NCBI GenBank assembly: GCA_963754775.1
Contig: CAVWHM010000045.1
Coordinates: 134,494 to 198,493 of the forward strand
Origin: an uncultured Verrucomicrobiae bacterium
GTDB lineage: Bacteria > Verrucomicrobiota > Verrucomicrobiia > Limisphaerales > UBA11358
Reading direction: 5' to 3'
DNA: 64,000 bases
The notes beneath the pieces were generated by a model, which was not told the origin of the DNA, did not search any database, and saw only the letters and a list, made by a program, of their open reading frames with translations. A program made the translations under genes and the position numbers. This document shows positions 24,512 to 33,704 of the stretch, one piece after another; positions within the stretch are counted from its first letter, which is position 1, and every line of letters begins with the position of its first letter.

Positions 24512-25326
24512 TAGAGAAGAATGGGCTGAATGTTTGAGCCGTGAACCGCAGTATGACAGCCGGCGGTCCAGCAAGAACCGAAGGCCAGGCTGCTGGTATG
24601 ATCCCGGCCTCCGATGAAAATGCGACCGGAAGCGGCCGGCCCCGGCACCTGCGCATGGCAACGGAGACACAGGTTGGAATCCGGCTCGGTGAGCATCCTG
24701 GCGTTGATGGAACCGTGAGGGTTATGGCAGACCGTGCAGCCTTCGCGCAGGGCCGGGTGTTCAAAAATAAACGGCCGGGTCTGTTCCCGATGGCATTGGG
24801 CGCACGTTTCATTCAACCGCGCCATGGCCAGTCCGCCCGCCGGTTTCATGATGTCCAAACCATGAGGGTCGTGGCATTGGACACAGTTCATTTTTCCCTC
24901 AAGCACCGGATGATGCTGGGGAAAATGAAATTCAGCCTGCGTCTCCAAATGACATTGGAAGCAGGCCTGCGGGTCCTTGCCCGGATTGATGATGAATTTG
25001 TCCAGACCGCCCCGGCCGCCCCAGGCGATGTGTTTGCTGCCCGGACCGTGGCAGGATTCACAACCGTATTGACCGGCCATCCCGCCACTTTCCAAATGCA
25101 GCCGGGCGTGTGGACTGGCGGGAAAGGCCCGGGTGATGTTCTCGTGACAGTCCGCACAGGCTTTGTCCCCGACGAACATGGCGCCTTCGATTTGCAATGG
25201 CACAACCACCGCGCGTTCCGGCGTGGAACAGGAATTGACCAGAAAAAGGAACAACCCGGCGCCCGCAACCAACCCCAGTCCGGTCAGCCAGTGCAGTCGC
25301 TTTGCCTTTGACAGGTGCATATCCAT
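24508..25326 (-). CDS. Multihaem c-type cytochrome, probable lipoprotein (7 CXXCH + 1 CX4CH)
   Basis: CADCH, CESCH, CFQCH, CVQCH, CAQCH, CTVCH, CLRCH and CWTAGCH. Signal with LVNSC. Paired CH..HG motifs (CHDPHG, CHNPHGS, CHTAVHGSN). Confidence 0.85.
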   Translation of the reverse strand: MDMHLSKAKRLHWLTGLGLVAGAGLFLFLVNSCSTPERAVVVPLQIEGAMFVGDKACADCHENITRAFPASPHARLHLESGGMAGQYGCESCHGPGSKHIAWGGRGGLDKFIINPGKDPQACFQCHLETQAEFHFPQHHPVLEGKMNCVQCHDPHGLDIMKPAGGLAMARLNETCAQCHREQTRPFIFEHPALREGCTVCHNPHGSINARMLTEPDSNLCLRCHAQVPGPAASGRIFIGGRDHTSSLAFGSCWTAGCHTAVHGSNIQPILLY

Positions 25327-25386
25327 AAATCCCCAAGGCTGGCGTTGCTCAAAGCCCGGCCGCCATGTCCAGCTTTTGAAGGCCGA

Positions 25387-26359
25387 TCAAGGGTTTGGCA
25401 ATCGGCCCACGCGATAAAATTTTGTCACGGTTGAATCGAACGCACCTGAAAATGGCACCGGATTGCCGGAAGCAACATTCGTCGCCAGAGACACCCAATT
25501 CAGGAGATTGGATGAACTTTGAATAACGTAAGCGAGTCCGGCATTGGCGGTGTAGCTGAAGGAAAATTGGCCGCTGTTGAGCGTTACCCCGGAAAGATTG
25601 ACCGTTACCGGGCTGACCACCGACACATTCACCGCGGTGGAAGTTGCGGAGATTCCTCCCGCCGTCGCCACCGCCTTCAGAGCGTAAGCGCCGGCCGACA
25701 GATTGTTGGCGGTAAGACTGAAGGGAGCCGTCAGGACCGAGCCCAACGCAACGCCGTTGGTGAAAAATTGCACATTGGTCACCGTGCCGCTGCTCACCGT
25801 GGCGCTGGCCGCGATATTCACGTTCGCCGGAGCCGCAAAGACCGCTCCTGCAGCCGGATTGGTGATGCTGATTGTCGGCGGTGGTGGCGCTGGCGTGGAG
25901 CGTGTGTAAGAAAAGGATTTATCCCCGACGCCGCCGGCCCCACCCCAGGCAGTAAGCGTAAGAGAAAGGTAAATATCCTCGTTAGTTAAATGCACAACAA
26001 AGTTTGTGCCCACATAGTTCGGCGGACGATTTCCCGCCTCCAAGGGACACGTAGCCGTAGGTCAGCGTATTAAAGTTGGCGAGCAATCCGATGGCCCATT
26101 TCGTACCCTTGGGGCTGATGCCGGCGGTGGCGCCCATTTCCGCATTGGTATTATACAATCCTCCCCCGCTGCTGCTGCGGGTGAATGTCACACTTGATGT
26201 CAAGTGATCCACTTGATTGCCAGTCGGTGTTGAATGAGTGAAGGAAATGGTTGGCCCATTCCAAACCGTGGAAGCGTGTGCCATGGGCGCGGCGGCCACC
26301 AGCAAGGCCGCCACGATTCCCCGCAGATAAACAACTGAAAATGATTTGAGTATTTTCAT
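25387..26359 (-). CDS. Secreted protein of unknown function, paralogue A (one apparent frameshift near 26045)
   Basis: ORFs 25982-26407 and 25387-26043 join as ...TLTYGYVSL|EAGNRPPNYVGTNFVVHLTNEDIYLS when aligned to paralogue B. The shift is at a CCC run. Signal peptide MKILKSFSVVYLRGIVAALLVAAAPMAHA. Tail is YRVGRLPNP. Confidence 0.6.
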
Positions 26360-26436
26360 CGCAAGTGTGAGGCTCCAACTCAATTTAGGTTCCCGGATTT
26401 TCTCCATCGGTAAAAAACTGCGAAATCAAAGGCATT

Positions 26437-27132
26437 TCAAGGGTTTGGCAACCGGCCCACGCGATAATATTTTACCCCCGCCGGATCCAATAGATCGGAG
26501 AATGCCACCGACCCGGCAGCGGCATTGTTGGTCACCAGCGACACCCAATCCACCAGGTTGGATGAACTTTGGACGACATAAACGAATCCGGGATCGGTGG
26601 TGTAATTGAAGGAGAATTGGCCGCTGTCGAGCCTTGCTCCAGAAAGATTGACCGGCGTCGGCGTGGACCGTTGGTAGGCGAAGCCGCCGCTGCCCATGGG
26701 AACCCACAAAGTAAATTGAATGGAGATGTAAATGTCATCGGAGATGAGATGCACGACCGCCGATTGGCCGACCAGGGTGGTGGGCGATTGGCCATTGAGC
26801 CAGGCCAGCCAGTTGGTGTAGTGAAGCGAGGCGTAGTTATCGAGCGTGCCAAATGCCCATTCCGTATTCGTCGGGCTGAGAGCCGTGGCGTTGGTCTCCG
26901 AAAAGGCGTTAAAAAGACCCTTGGAAGCCGCGCGGGTCAACCAGACGTCCGGCGTAATCCGGTCCTGGTTGGTAGCCTGGGTTGGGTCGGGTGATGGCTG
27001 ATTGTAAGTCATCAGCGGGCCGGTCCAGACGGTGGCGGCGCGGCTCAAAGGCGCAGCAACCAGCGTCAAAGCAAACATGACACTCCGCAAAACATGAGCC
27101 AACGTCAGGTGACAAAAGCCTTCCCCATTCAT
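26437..27132 (-). CDS. Secreted protein of unknown function, paralogue B
   Basis: 231 aa. Signal peptide. Shared blocks with paralogue A are TVW-GP, VVHL--DDIY-S, GQFSF-YT and VQSSSNL--WVSL, with an identical tail YRVGRLPNP. Confidence 0.65.
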   Translation of the reverse strand: MNGEGFCHLTLAHVLRSVMFALTLVAAPLSRAATVWTGPLMTYNQPSPDPTQATNQDRITPDVWLTRAASKGLFNAFSETNATALSPTNTEWAFGTLDNYASLHYTNWLAWLNGQSPTTLVGQSAVVHLISDDIYISIQFTLWVPMGSGGFAYQRSTPTPVNLSGARLDSGQFSFNYTTDPGFVYVVQSSSNLVDWVSLVTNNAAAGSVAFSDLLDPAGVKYYRVGRLPNP

Positions 27133-27224
27133 CGAAGATGAGAGACCGGAAATGGAAATATGTTCCTGACGTTTTCAGGGTAATATTACACGTTTGCCGC
27201 CCACGGAATCTTCGCCGCCCCCGA

Positions 27225-27989
27225 CTACCGGTGGCCATGAACACACGAGGCGTTCCACGCCAATCGCAAACCTTCCAGGGTTAAATTGGGTTCGACCGCA
27301 ATGATTTCGGGCAAGCTTGCCGCGATCAATCGCGCATAACCGCCTGTCGCCACCACCGGCAAATGTTTCACTTTCAATTCGCGCTTCAACTCGGCGATCA
27401 ATTCGCGAACCAGCCCGCGATAACCGTGTACCGCGCCGATGAGCATCGCCTGCTCCGTGCTCCGGCCAACCGCAGTTTTGACTTCGCGGATTTTGATGCG
27501 TGGCAGCAACGCCGTTTTCTCGTGCAGATAATCCGTCATCGCCGCCAGCCCCGGCGCGATGATGCCCCCCGCGTAATTGCCCGCGCGATTGACCACATCA
27601 AACGTTACCGCCGTCCCGAAATCCACCACCACCACCGGCGCGCCAAAGCGTTTGCGCGCGGCCATGGCGTTTGCCAGGCGGTCTTCCCCGATCGTGTCCG
27701 GCTTCGGATAATCAATGCCCACGCCGCAAAGTGTTTTTTGCGTGAGTTCGAATGCGTGCAAATTCCAAAGCCGGCGGACAGTCTTGCGGACGTGCGGCGT
27801 CGCGCGCGGCACGACGCTGCACAGCGCCGCGCCTTCCAGGCTCGCACGGCCCGCAAATTTTTCCACCAGCTTTCCCGCCGCGCCTCCGAACCAAAGCGAC
27901 GTGGGCATGTTCGTGTGCTTCATCACGCGCCGGCCGTTGGCCAGGCCGAGGTGCGTGTTCGTGTTGCCGATGTCGAAAAGCAAAAGCAT
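27225..27989 (-). CDS. coaX: Type III pantothenate kinase
   Basis: 254 aa. LLFDIGNTNTHLG, VVVDFGTAVTFD, TGGYA. Confidence 0.9.
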   Translation of the reverse strand: MLLLFDIGNTNTHLGLANGRRVMKHTNMPTSLWFGGAAGKLVEKFAGRASLEGAALCSVVPRATPHVRKTVRRLWNLHAFELTQKTLCGVGIDYPKPDTIGEDRLANAMAARKRFGAPVVVVDFGTAVTFDVVNRAGNYAGGIIAPGLAAMTDYLHEKTALLPRIKIREVKTAVGRSTEQAMLIGAVHGYRGLVRELIAELKRELKVKHLPVVATGGYARLIAASLPEIIAVEPNLTLEGLRLAWNASCVHGHR

Positions 27990-29049
27990 TCAATCCGCAG
28001 ATTACGCGGATGACGCGGATAAAAAAGCAATTTTGAAATTTAATCCGTGACAATCCGCGCAATCCGCGGTTCACTTTTCCAAGCGTCACATCCCCGCCGG
28101 TGATGCGTTCCAAATGTCCATGTTCGGTTCGCAACAACAACGCGCCGTCGTCATCCAGCGACTCCGCCCGGCCGCTCACGCGCCGCCCGCCGATTTGGAT
28201 CGTCACCGCGCGGCCAATCGTCGTGCAATGCGCTTCCCATTCGTCGGCCACGTTTGCAAACAAGTTGCCGCAGACGCGCGCGTAATCACGATCCAGTTCG
28301 CGCAAAATGGCCGTTGCCAGCTCCGGCCGGGAAATGACTTTGCCGGCTTCGATTCTTAGCGATGTTGCCGTCTTGCGCAGTTCTGCCGGAAATTCGTTCG
28401 CGCCCAGGTTCACGTCCACGCCGATGCCGAGGATGACGTGCTTGACGCGATCCAACTCCGCGCTCATTTCCGTCAGGATACCCGCGACTTTCCGGCCGCG
28501 AATCAAAATGTCGTTCGGCCATTTGATTTCCGGGTCCAGGCCGGTTTCGGATTGAATCGCGCGCCGCAGAGCTGTCGCGGAAGTGACGGTGAGTCGCGTG
28601 GTTTCCTGCGGACGCAAATCCGGTCGCAGCAAAACGGAAAACCAAAGCCCTTTTCGCGCCGGCGACATCCACGCGCGCCCGAGCCGGCCCCGGCCCTTCG
28701 TTTGCGATTCCGCAAAAACAACGGCGCCCTCCTTCACCCCGTCGCGCGCCAGCCTTTCAATCACGTCGTTGGTCGAAGTCGTCTGCTCGAACACGTGGAT
28801 GTCGCGCCCGACGACTTTCGTTTTGCCGAGGCGCGCGAGCAAATCGTCCGCGTACAGCGCGTCGGGCGCGCTTACGAGGCGATAGCCGAAGTGCGGGCTG
28901 GCCTCGATGTCGTAGCCGAGCTGGCGCAATTCCTCGACATGTCCCCAGATCGCCGCGCGGGTGACGCCCAATTGCTCGGCGATTTCCGCGCCCGACACCC
29001 CGTCGGAATTCGCGCGCAACGCTGTAAGAATCTTGGCGTCGGTGGTCAT
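27712..29049 (-). CDS. birA: Bifunctional biotin-[acetyl-CoA-carboxylase] ligase/repressor BirA; ORF lacks the expected stop and runs about 118 codons into coaX
   Basis: HTH (GAEIAEQLGVTRAAIWGHVEELRQLGY), ligase core (QTKGRGRLGRAW, KWPNDI), C-domain ending GGDVTLGK near 28066. ATG 29049 is preferred because 29070 lies inside the repeat. The tail is repeat-encoded or out-of-frame coaX sequence. Confidence 0.8.
   Translation of the reverse strand: MTTDAKILTALRANSDGVSGAEIAEQLGVTRAAIWGHVEELRQLGYDIEASPHFGYRLVSAPDALYADDLLARLGKTKVVGRDIHVFEQTTSTNDVIERLARDGVKEGAVVFAESQTKGRGRLGRAWMSPARKGLWFSVLLRPDLRPQETTRLTVTSATALRRAIQSETGLDPEIKWPNDILIRGRKVAGILTEMSAELDRVKHVILGIGVDVNLGANEFPAELRKTATSLRIEAGKVISRPELATAILRELDRDYARVCGNLFANVADEWEAHCTTIGRAVTIQIGGRRVSGRAESLDDDGALLLRTEHGHLERITGGDVTLGKVNRGLRGLSRIKFQNCFFIRVIRVICGLNAFAFRHRQHEHAPRPGQRPARDEAHEHAHVALVRRRGGKAGGKICGPCEPGRRGAVQRRAARDAARPQDCPPALEFARIRTHAKNTLRRGH
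27992..28069. repeat. AATCCGC-rich repeat/hairpin element between coaX and birA
   Basis: aatccgcagattacgcggatgacgcggat ... aatccgtgacaatccgcgcaatccgcgg. Arms are partially complementary. Confidence 0.5.
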
Positions 29050-29058
29050 GAGATGGAA

Positions 29059-29157
29059 AACTCCCAACACTCAACATCCAACTCCCAACATCCAATTTTG
29101 AAGGCGCGCCGGCCCGCATCCATTCGATGTTCGATGTTGAATGTTCGGTGTTCGGGG
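29059..29157. repeat. Heptamer-periodic inverted repeat (CTCCCAA/CATCCAA units facing TTCGATG/TTGAATG units)
   Basis: Left arm is ctcccaa cactcaa catccaa ctcccaa catccaa. Right arm is ttcgatg ttcgatg ttgaatg ttcggtg ttcgggg. Lies between nadC and birA. Confidence 0.7.
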
Positions 29158-29164
29158 TTTCTGT

Positions 29165-30104
29165 TCATTGCTCAAAATCCAGGCCAATGTCCACGGCGCG
29201 CGCGGAATGCGTTAGCGCACCGATGGAAATGAAATCCACGCCGGTCCCGGCAATCACGCGGACATTCGCCAGATTCACGCCGCCGCTGGCTTCGGTCTTC
29301 GCGCGACCTTTGACTTTCTGCACCGCGAGCCGCAGTTGAATCGGATTCATGTTATCGAGCAAAATGATGTCCGCGCCCGCCCCGGCAGCCTGCTCGACCT
29401 GCTCCAACGTGTCGGCTTCGACCTCAATTTTCAGTTTGGGAAACTTTTCGCGCGCGCGCCGGACGGCGGCGGCGATGGCATTCGGTTTTTCACCGTGCAG
29501 CGCCGCAAGATGATTGTCCTTGATGAGCACCATGTCAAACAGGCCAAGGCGATGGTTGTGCCCGCCGCCGCACGAGACGGCATATTTTTCGAAACGCCGC
29601 CAGCCGGGCGTGGTTTTGCGCGTGTCCAGAATCTGCGCGGGAGTCCCTTTGATGGCCTCGACAAATTGCGCGGTCAGCGTAGCGATGCCGGAAAGCCGCT
29701 GGACGAAATTCAACGCGACGCGCTCGGCGCTCAACAGGGCGCAAGCCGGACCGGAAATTTTCAGCAAGGTTTCATCCTCCCGGACACGCTGGCCGTCTTT
29801 CGCCAGCCGCTCGATTTTGATTTCCCCTTCGGAGGGACGAGTTACACGAGTCCCTGATCCGTTTTCTTTGGGATTTCGGGACTCGCGTAGCTCGTCCTTC
29901 CGGGAACTGGGTTGTGAAAGTTCGCGGAACGCGGCTTCGGCAAAGGCGAGTCCCGGCGACGACCAGCGGTTCGCGCGCCCGCATGACGGCTTTGGCTGTC
30001 GCGGTTTCGGGCACGGTGGCCAGGGTCGTGGCGTCGCCACTGCCGATGTCCTCGGCAAGGGCCAGCTTGACGGCCTGACGGATTTCTGCGGCGGACAATT
30101 CCAC
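29165..30104 (-). CDS. nadC: Nicotinate-nucleotide pyrophosphorylase (quinolinate phosphoribosyltransferase), one apparent frameshift and an in-frame palindromic insert
   Basis: N-terminus (GTG 30104; ELSAAEIRQAVKLALAEDIGSGDATT...EPLVVAG) is in the frame of ORF 29772-30830. The rest (LAFAEAAF...TRKTTPGWRRFEKYAVSCGGGHNHRLGL...) is ORF 29165-30058. The shift is at the CCC run 29952-29954. Confidence 0.8.
29831..29901. repeat. Near-perfect palindromic element inserted in frame in nadC
   Basis: ggagggacgagttacacgagtccctgatcc-gttttctttg-ggatttcgggactcgcgtagctcgtccttcc. Arms match at most positions. Encodes about 30 extra residues (QPSSRKDELRESRNPKENGSGTRVTRPSEG). Confidence 0.65.
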
Positions 30105-30212
30105 GCCGTTAAAATGAAGGTGAATGGATGCAGGGAAAAGGAAAAATGCGCAGTGGAGAAAGTGTCTGAAATTGTAATGGCACGGCCTGTGGCTTTGGTT
30201 TAGAACAGCCGC

Positions 30213-30902
30213 GTGCAAACCCAAATCCCATTTGCAATGCCATTTCTGATTGTGATGGTGCTCATCATTGCCGCGATCGGCGCCATTTACGGCGTGATTC
30301 GGGCGCGCAAACGGCTGGAGGGATTGTTTGAGTTGGCGCAACGACTGGGCTTGAATTTCAGCGCGGCGGAAGATTACGGGCTCGCCGACCGGTATGGCTT
30401 TCTCAAGCAACTGGCACAGGGCGAAAATCGCTATGCCCGCAATGTCCTCTCCGGAACCTATCAGCAAAACCAGGTGCTGGCGTTCGATTTTCACTACGAA
30501 ACCTACACCCAGGGCAAAAGCGGACGCCAGACGCATCATCACTGGTTTTCCTTTTTCATTTTGACCCTGCCGGCGGTTTTTCCCGACCTGACCATCCGGC
30601 GTGAAAATTTTTTCACCAAGGTTGCCGAGGTGTTCGGCTACCAGGACATCAAGTTCGAGTCCGCCGAATTTTCCAAGGCCTTTTGCGTGCGGTCGCCGGA
30701 CAAAAAATTCGCCTACGACGTCTGCAACGCGAAGATGATGGAATACCTGCTGGCCAATCGCGACTTGAGCGTCGAAATCGAAAATCAGGTGCTGGCACTG
30801 GCCTTCGACACCTGTCTGTCGGTCGAACAAGTCGAATCCAATTTGCAGCGGCTGGTGGAAATCCGCTCCCGCCTGCCGGAATACCTGTTCACAAACACAT
30901 GA
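30213..30902 (+). CDS. Membrane-anchored hypothetical protein (LemA-associated, possibly DUF3137-like)
   Basis: 229 aa. GTG start. N-terminal TM FLIVMVLIIAAIGAIYGVI. Stop overlaps the lemA start (ATGA). Confidence 0.5.
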   Translation: MQTQIPFAMPFLIVMVLIIAAIGAIYGVIRARKRLEGLFELAQRLGLNFSAAEDYGLADRYGFLKQLAQGENRYARNVLSGTYQQNQVLAFDFHYETYTQGKSGRQTHHHWFSFFILTLPAVFPDLTIRRENFFTKVAEVFGYQDIKFESAEFSKAFCVRSPDKKFAYDVCNAKMMEYLLANRDLSVEIENQVLALAFDTCLSVEQVESNLQRLVEIRSRLPEYLFTNT

Positions 30903-31469
30903 TACCCATTCTCATCGTTATTTTCGCCGTCGTTGTGTTGCCGGCCGTTTATGTGCTGGCGCAATACAACGCGCTCGTCGCCCTGCGCAATTACATCCGC
31001 GAATCGTGGAGCGACGTGGACGTGGAATTAAAACGCCGCTACGACCTCATCCCCAACCTCGTGGCCGTGGTCAGGGGTTATGCCGCGCATGAACGCGAGG
31101 TGTTCGAGCGCGTGACGGAACTGCGCAACCGCTGCGCCGCCAACAACGGCCCGGTGGCCGACCAGTCCCGCGACGAAGTCCAGCTCGTGGACGCGCTGAA
31201 ACAACTGCTCGTGGTGGTGGAAAATTATCCGCAGCTCAAGGCCGACCAGAATTTTCTCAAGCTGCAAACGGAACTCGTCAACACCGAGGACCGGATCCAG
31301 GCCGCGCGCCGGTTCTACAACGGCAACGTCCGCGACTACCGCAACAAATGCGAAACCTTTCCGAGCAATCTCGTCGCCGAAATGTTCGGCTTCAAATCCG
31401 AAGGGCGACTTTTTCAGCGTGCCACCGTCGGTCCGGGACGTACCGAACGTGGACTTTGCCACGTCGTAG
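30899..31469 (+). CDS. lemA: LemA family protein (one apparent frameshift at GGG 31403-31405)
   Basis: MIPILIVIFAVVVLPAVYVLAQYNALVALRN...ENYPQLKADQNFLKLQTEL. After FKSEG the +1 frame reads DFFSVPPSVRDVPNVDFATS* with TAG at 31467-31469, a typical LemA end. Confidence 0.8.
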
Positions 31470-31483
31470 CGGGAAGTTTTAGT

Positions 31484-31558
31484 GGTAGGGTCGCCTCGCC
31501 GAGGCGACCGATTGGGAGGCGGAACCTCCACCGGACGGCTCGGCGAGCCGTCCCTACC
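31484..31558. repeat. REP-like triple-hairpin element bounded by GGTAGGG...CCCTACC (copy 2)
   Basis: ggtagggtcgcctcgccgaggcgacc / ggaggcggaacctcc / ggacggctcggcgagccgtccctacc. Lies between convergent lemA and hisC. Confidence 0.6.
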
Positions 31559-32641
31559 GTGTTGCCGTCTTCAACGCCACCAGGCACCGCTCATTTTCCT
31601 GCGGCGTGCCGATGGAGATGCGAATCCATTCCGGCAATTGATAGCCGCCCATCGGACGCACAATCACGCCCTGTTTTTGCATCGCCTCGAACACTTTCTG
31701 GCCCTCGCCAACGCGGACTAGAATGAAATTCGCCGCCGAGGGAATGAATTCGAGTTTCAAGCTCGCGGAACGCCCGCTCGAAATATTCCAGCCCGGCAAA
31801 ATTGTTCTGGCGCGTCTTGCGGACGTGTTCCACGTCGTCCAGCGCCGCCAGCGCGGCGGTTTGCGCCAGCAGATTGAGGTTGAACGGCTGCCGGATCTTT
31901 TCCAGCGCGGCCACGAATCCAGGATTCCCGATGCCGTAACCGATGCGCAGGCCGGCCAGACCGTAAATCTTCGAGAACGTCCGCATCAATATCAGGTTGG
32001 GCCGGACGCTCTGGTGGACGAGCGGTGACAAATCCACCGGATCATCCAGAAATTCAATGTAAGCCTCGTCCATCACCACCAGCACGTCGGCGGGCACTGC
32101 GTTGATGAACCCGATGACTTCCTCGCGTGGCGCGCGCGTGCCGGTGGGGTTGTTCGGGTTCGCCACGAACACGATGCGCGTGCGCGCCGTGATGGCTTTG
32201 AGCATCGCGGGCAGGTCGTGCGCCGTAATTTTTCGCCGGAACGATGGTGAGGTCCGCGCCGAACAATTTCGTGACGATGGGATAAACCGCGAAACAGTAT
32301 TGCGACACCACCACCTCCGCCCCCGGCGCCAGCAGCGCGTGCCCGACGAACTCAATGATTTCGTTCGAGCCGTTGCCCAGAATCAGGTTCGCCGGTTCCA
32401 CCCCGAGTTTGGCGGCGAGCTTTTGTTTGAGATAAAACGCGTTGCCGTCGGGATACAAATTCACCCCGGCCAGCGCCTTTTGCATGGCCGCCAGCGCCAG
32501 CGGCGACGGCCCCAACGGATTTTCATTCGACGCGAGCTTGATGATGCTGGCGGCGGACAGGCCGAGTTCGCGCGCGACTTCCTCAATCGGCCGGCCGGGC
32601 TGATACACCGGCAAATCGTTCAGGGCGGGATTCATTTTCAT
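31554..32641 (-). CDS. hisC: Histidinol-phosphate aminotransferase (two apparent frameshifts near 32229 and 31762)
   Basis: Three ORF pieces join as MKMNPALNDLPVYQPGRP...ASNENPLGPSP...AKNY|AHDLPAML...FVANPNNPTG...RTFSKIYGLAGLRIGY...AFREL|KLEFIPSAANFILV... Confidence 0.8.
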
Positions 32642-32645
32642 ACTT

Positions 32646-33704
32646 TTATGCCTCTTCGCCCGGCAGACGCAGGTCGGCGCCTGGGTAAAGTTTGTGGTAA
32701 TCGGTCGCCTGCACGCCGATGATGGCGGCGACACCGAGAATGTCGTGCGCATTTGAGCCGCGCGTTACGTCGGCGGCGGGGCGGTTCAGGCCGATCAGGA
32801 TGTGTCCGTAGGCGTTGGCATGGCCGAGGAGCCGGACGAGTTTGCTGGCGATGTTGCCGGAATTGAGTTCGGGGAAAATCAGCACGTTCGCGCGCCCGGC
32901 GATTTTGCTGTCGAGCGATTTGCGTTCGGCAATTTCCGGCACCAGCGCGGCGTCCACCTGCAATTCGCCGTCGAAATCGGCTTCCAGCAGCGATTGCTCG
33001 GCCTTGAACTTGGCCATGGCCGTGGCCGCCTGCACCTTGCCAACGGACGGATGCGACGCGCTGCCCTTGGTGGAAAATGACAGCAACGCCACGCGCGGGC
33101 GCACGTTGAGCAGATGGCGCGCGAGCTGCGCGGTGGCAATGGCAATGTCGGCCAGTTCCTCCACGCTCGGATCGGGCACCACGCCGCAATCGGCCATGAA
33201 CAGCACGCCGTCTTCGCCAAGGCGCGTGTCGGCAACCTCCATGATCATGCAACTCGACACCGTGGCCATGCCGGGCGCGGCCTTGACAATTTGGAACAAC
33301 GGCCGCAGCACGGTGCCGGTGCTGTGCGCCGCGCCGGAAACCAGACCGTCCGCCTGGTGCATCGCCACCATCATCGCGCCAAAAAAATTCGGCTGGAGCA
33401 GCGCCTCGCGCGCCTCGGTGGCGCGAATCCCCTTGTCGCGGTAAAGCGCGTGATAACGCCGGGCGAAATTCTCCATCTCTTCGCTCGTGGCAGGATCAAT
33501 GACGCGGATGCCGTCGAGCGGGATGTTCAGTCCCTTGGCGGTTTCCTTCACTCTCTCTTGGTTGCCGAGCACGATGGGCGCGCCGAGCCGCAAAGCATGA
33601 AACTGCCGCGCCGCCTGTAGGATGCGCGGTTGCTCGCCTTCGGGGAAAACCACCCGTTTCGGATGCCGCTGTAATTTTTCAATGACATTGCCAATAAAAC
33701 GCAT
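32646..33704 (-). CDS. pta: Phosphate acetyltransferase (PTA_PTB family)
   Basis: 352 aa. RVVFPEGEQPRILQAA, ADGLVSGAAHSTGTVLRP, VSSCMIM. Confidence 0.75.
   Translation of the reverse strand: MRFIGNVIEKLQRHPKRVVFPEGEQPRILQAARQFHALRLGAPIVLGNQERVKETAKGLNIPLDGIRVIDPATSEEMENFARRYHALYRDKGIRATEAREALLQPNFFGAMMVAMHQADGLVSGAAHSTGTVLRPLFQIVKAAPGMATVSSCMIMEVADTRLGEDGVLFMADCGVVPDPSVEELADIAIATAQLARHLLNVRPRVALLSFSTKGSASHPSVGKVQAATAMAKFKAEQSLLEADFDGELQVDAALVPEIAERKSLDSKIAGRANVLIFPELNSGNIASKLVRLLGHANAYGHILIGLNRPAADVTRGSNAHDILGVAAIIGVQATDYHKLYPGADLRLPGEEA

Noticed and set aside
24512-24670. ATG start at 24670 for the cytochrome-fused barrel gene
   Set aside because: It would overlap the multihaem cytochrome gene by 160 nt. 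The signal peptide begins only after the TTG at 24511, which overlaps the upstream stop.
27712-29049. A BirA-CoaX fusion protein
   Set aside because: The birA ORF enters coaX in a different reading frame, and the linking sequence is a repeat element. A missing stop is the simpler explanation.
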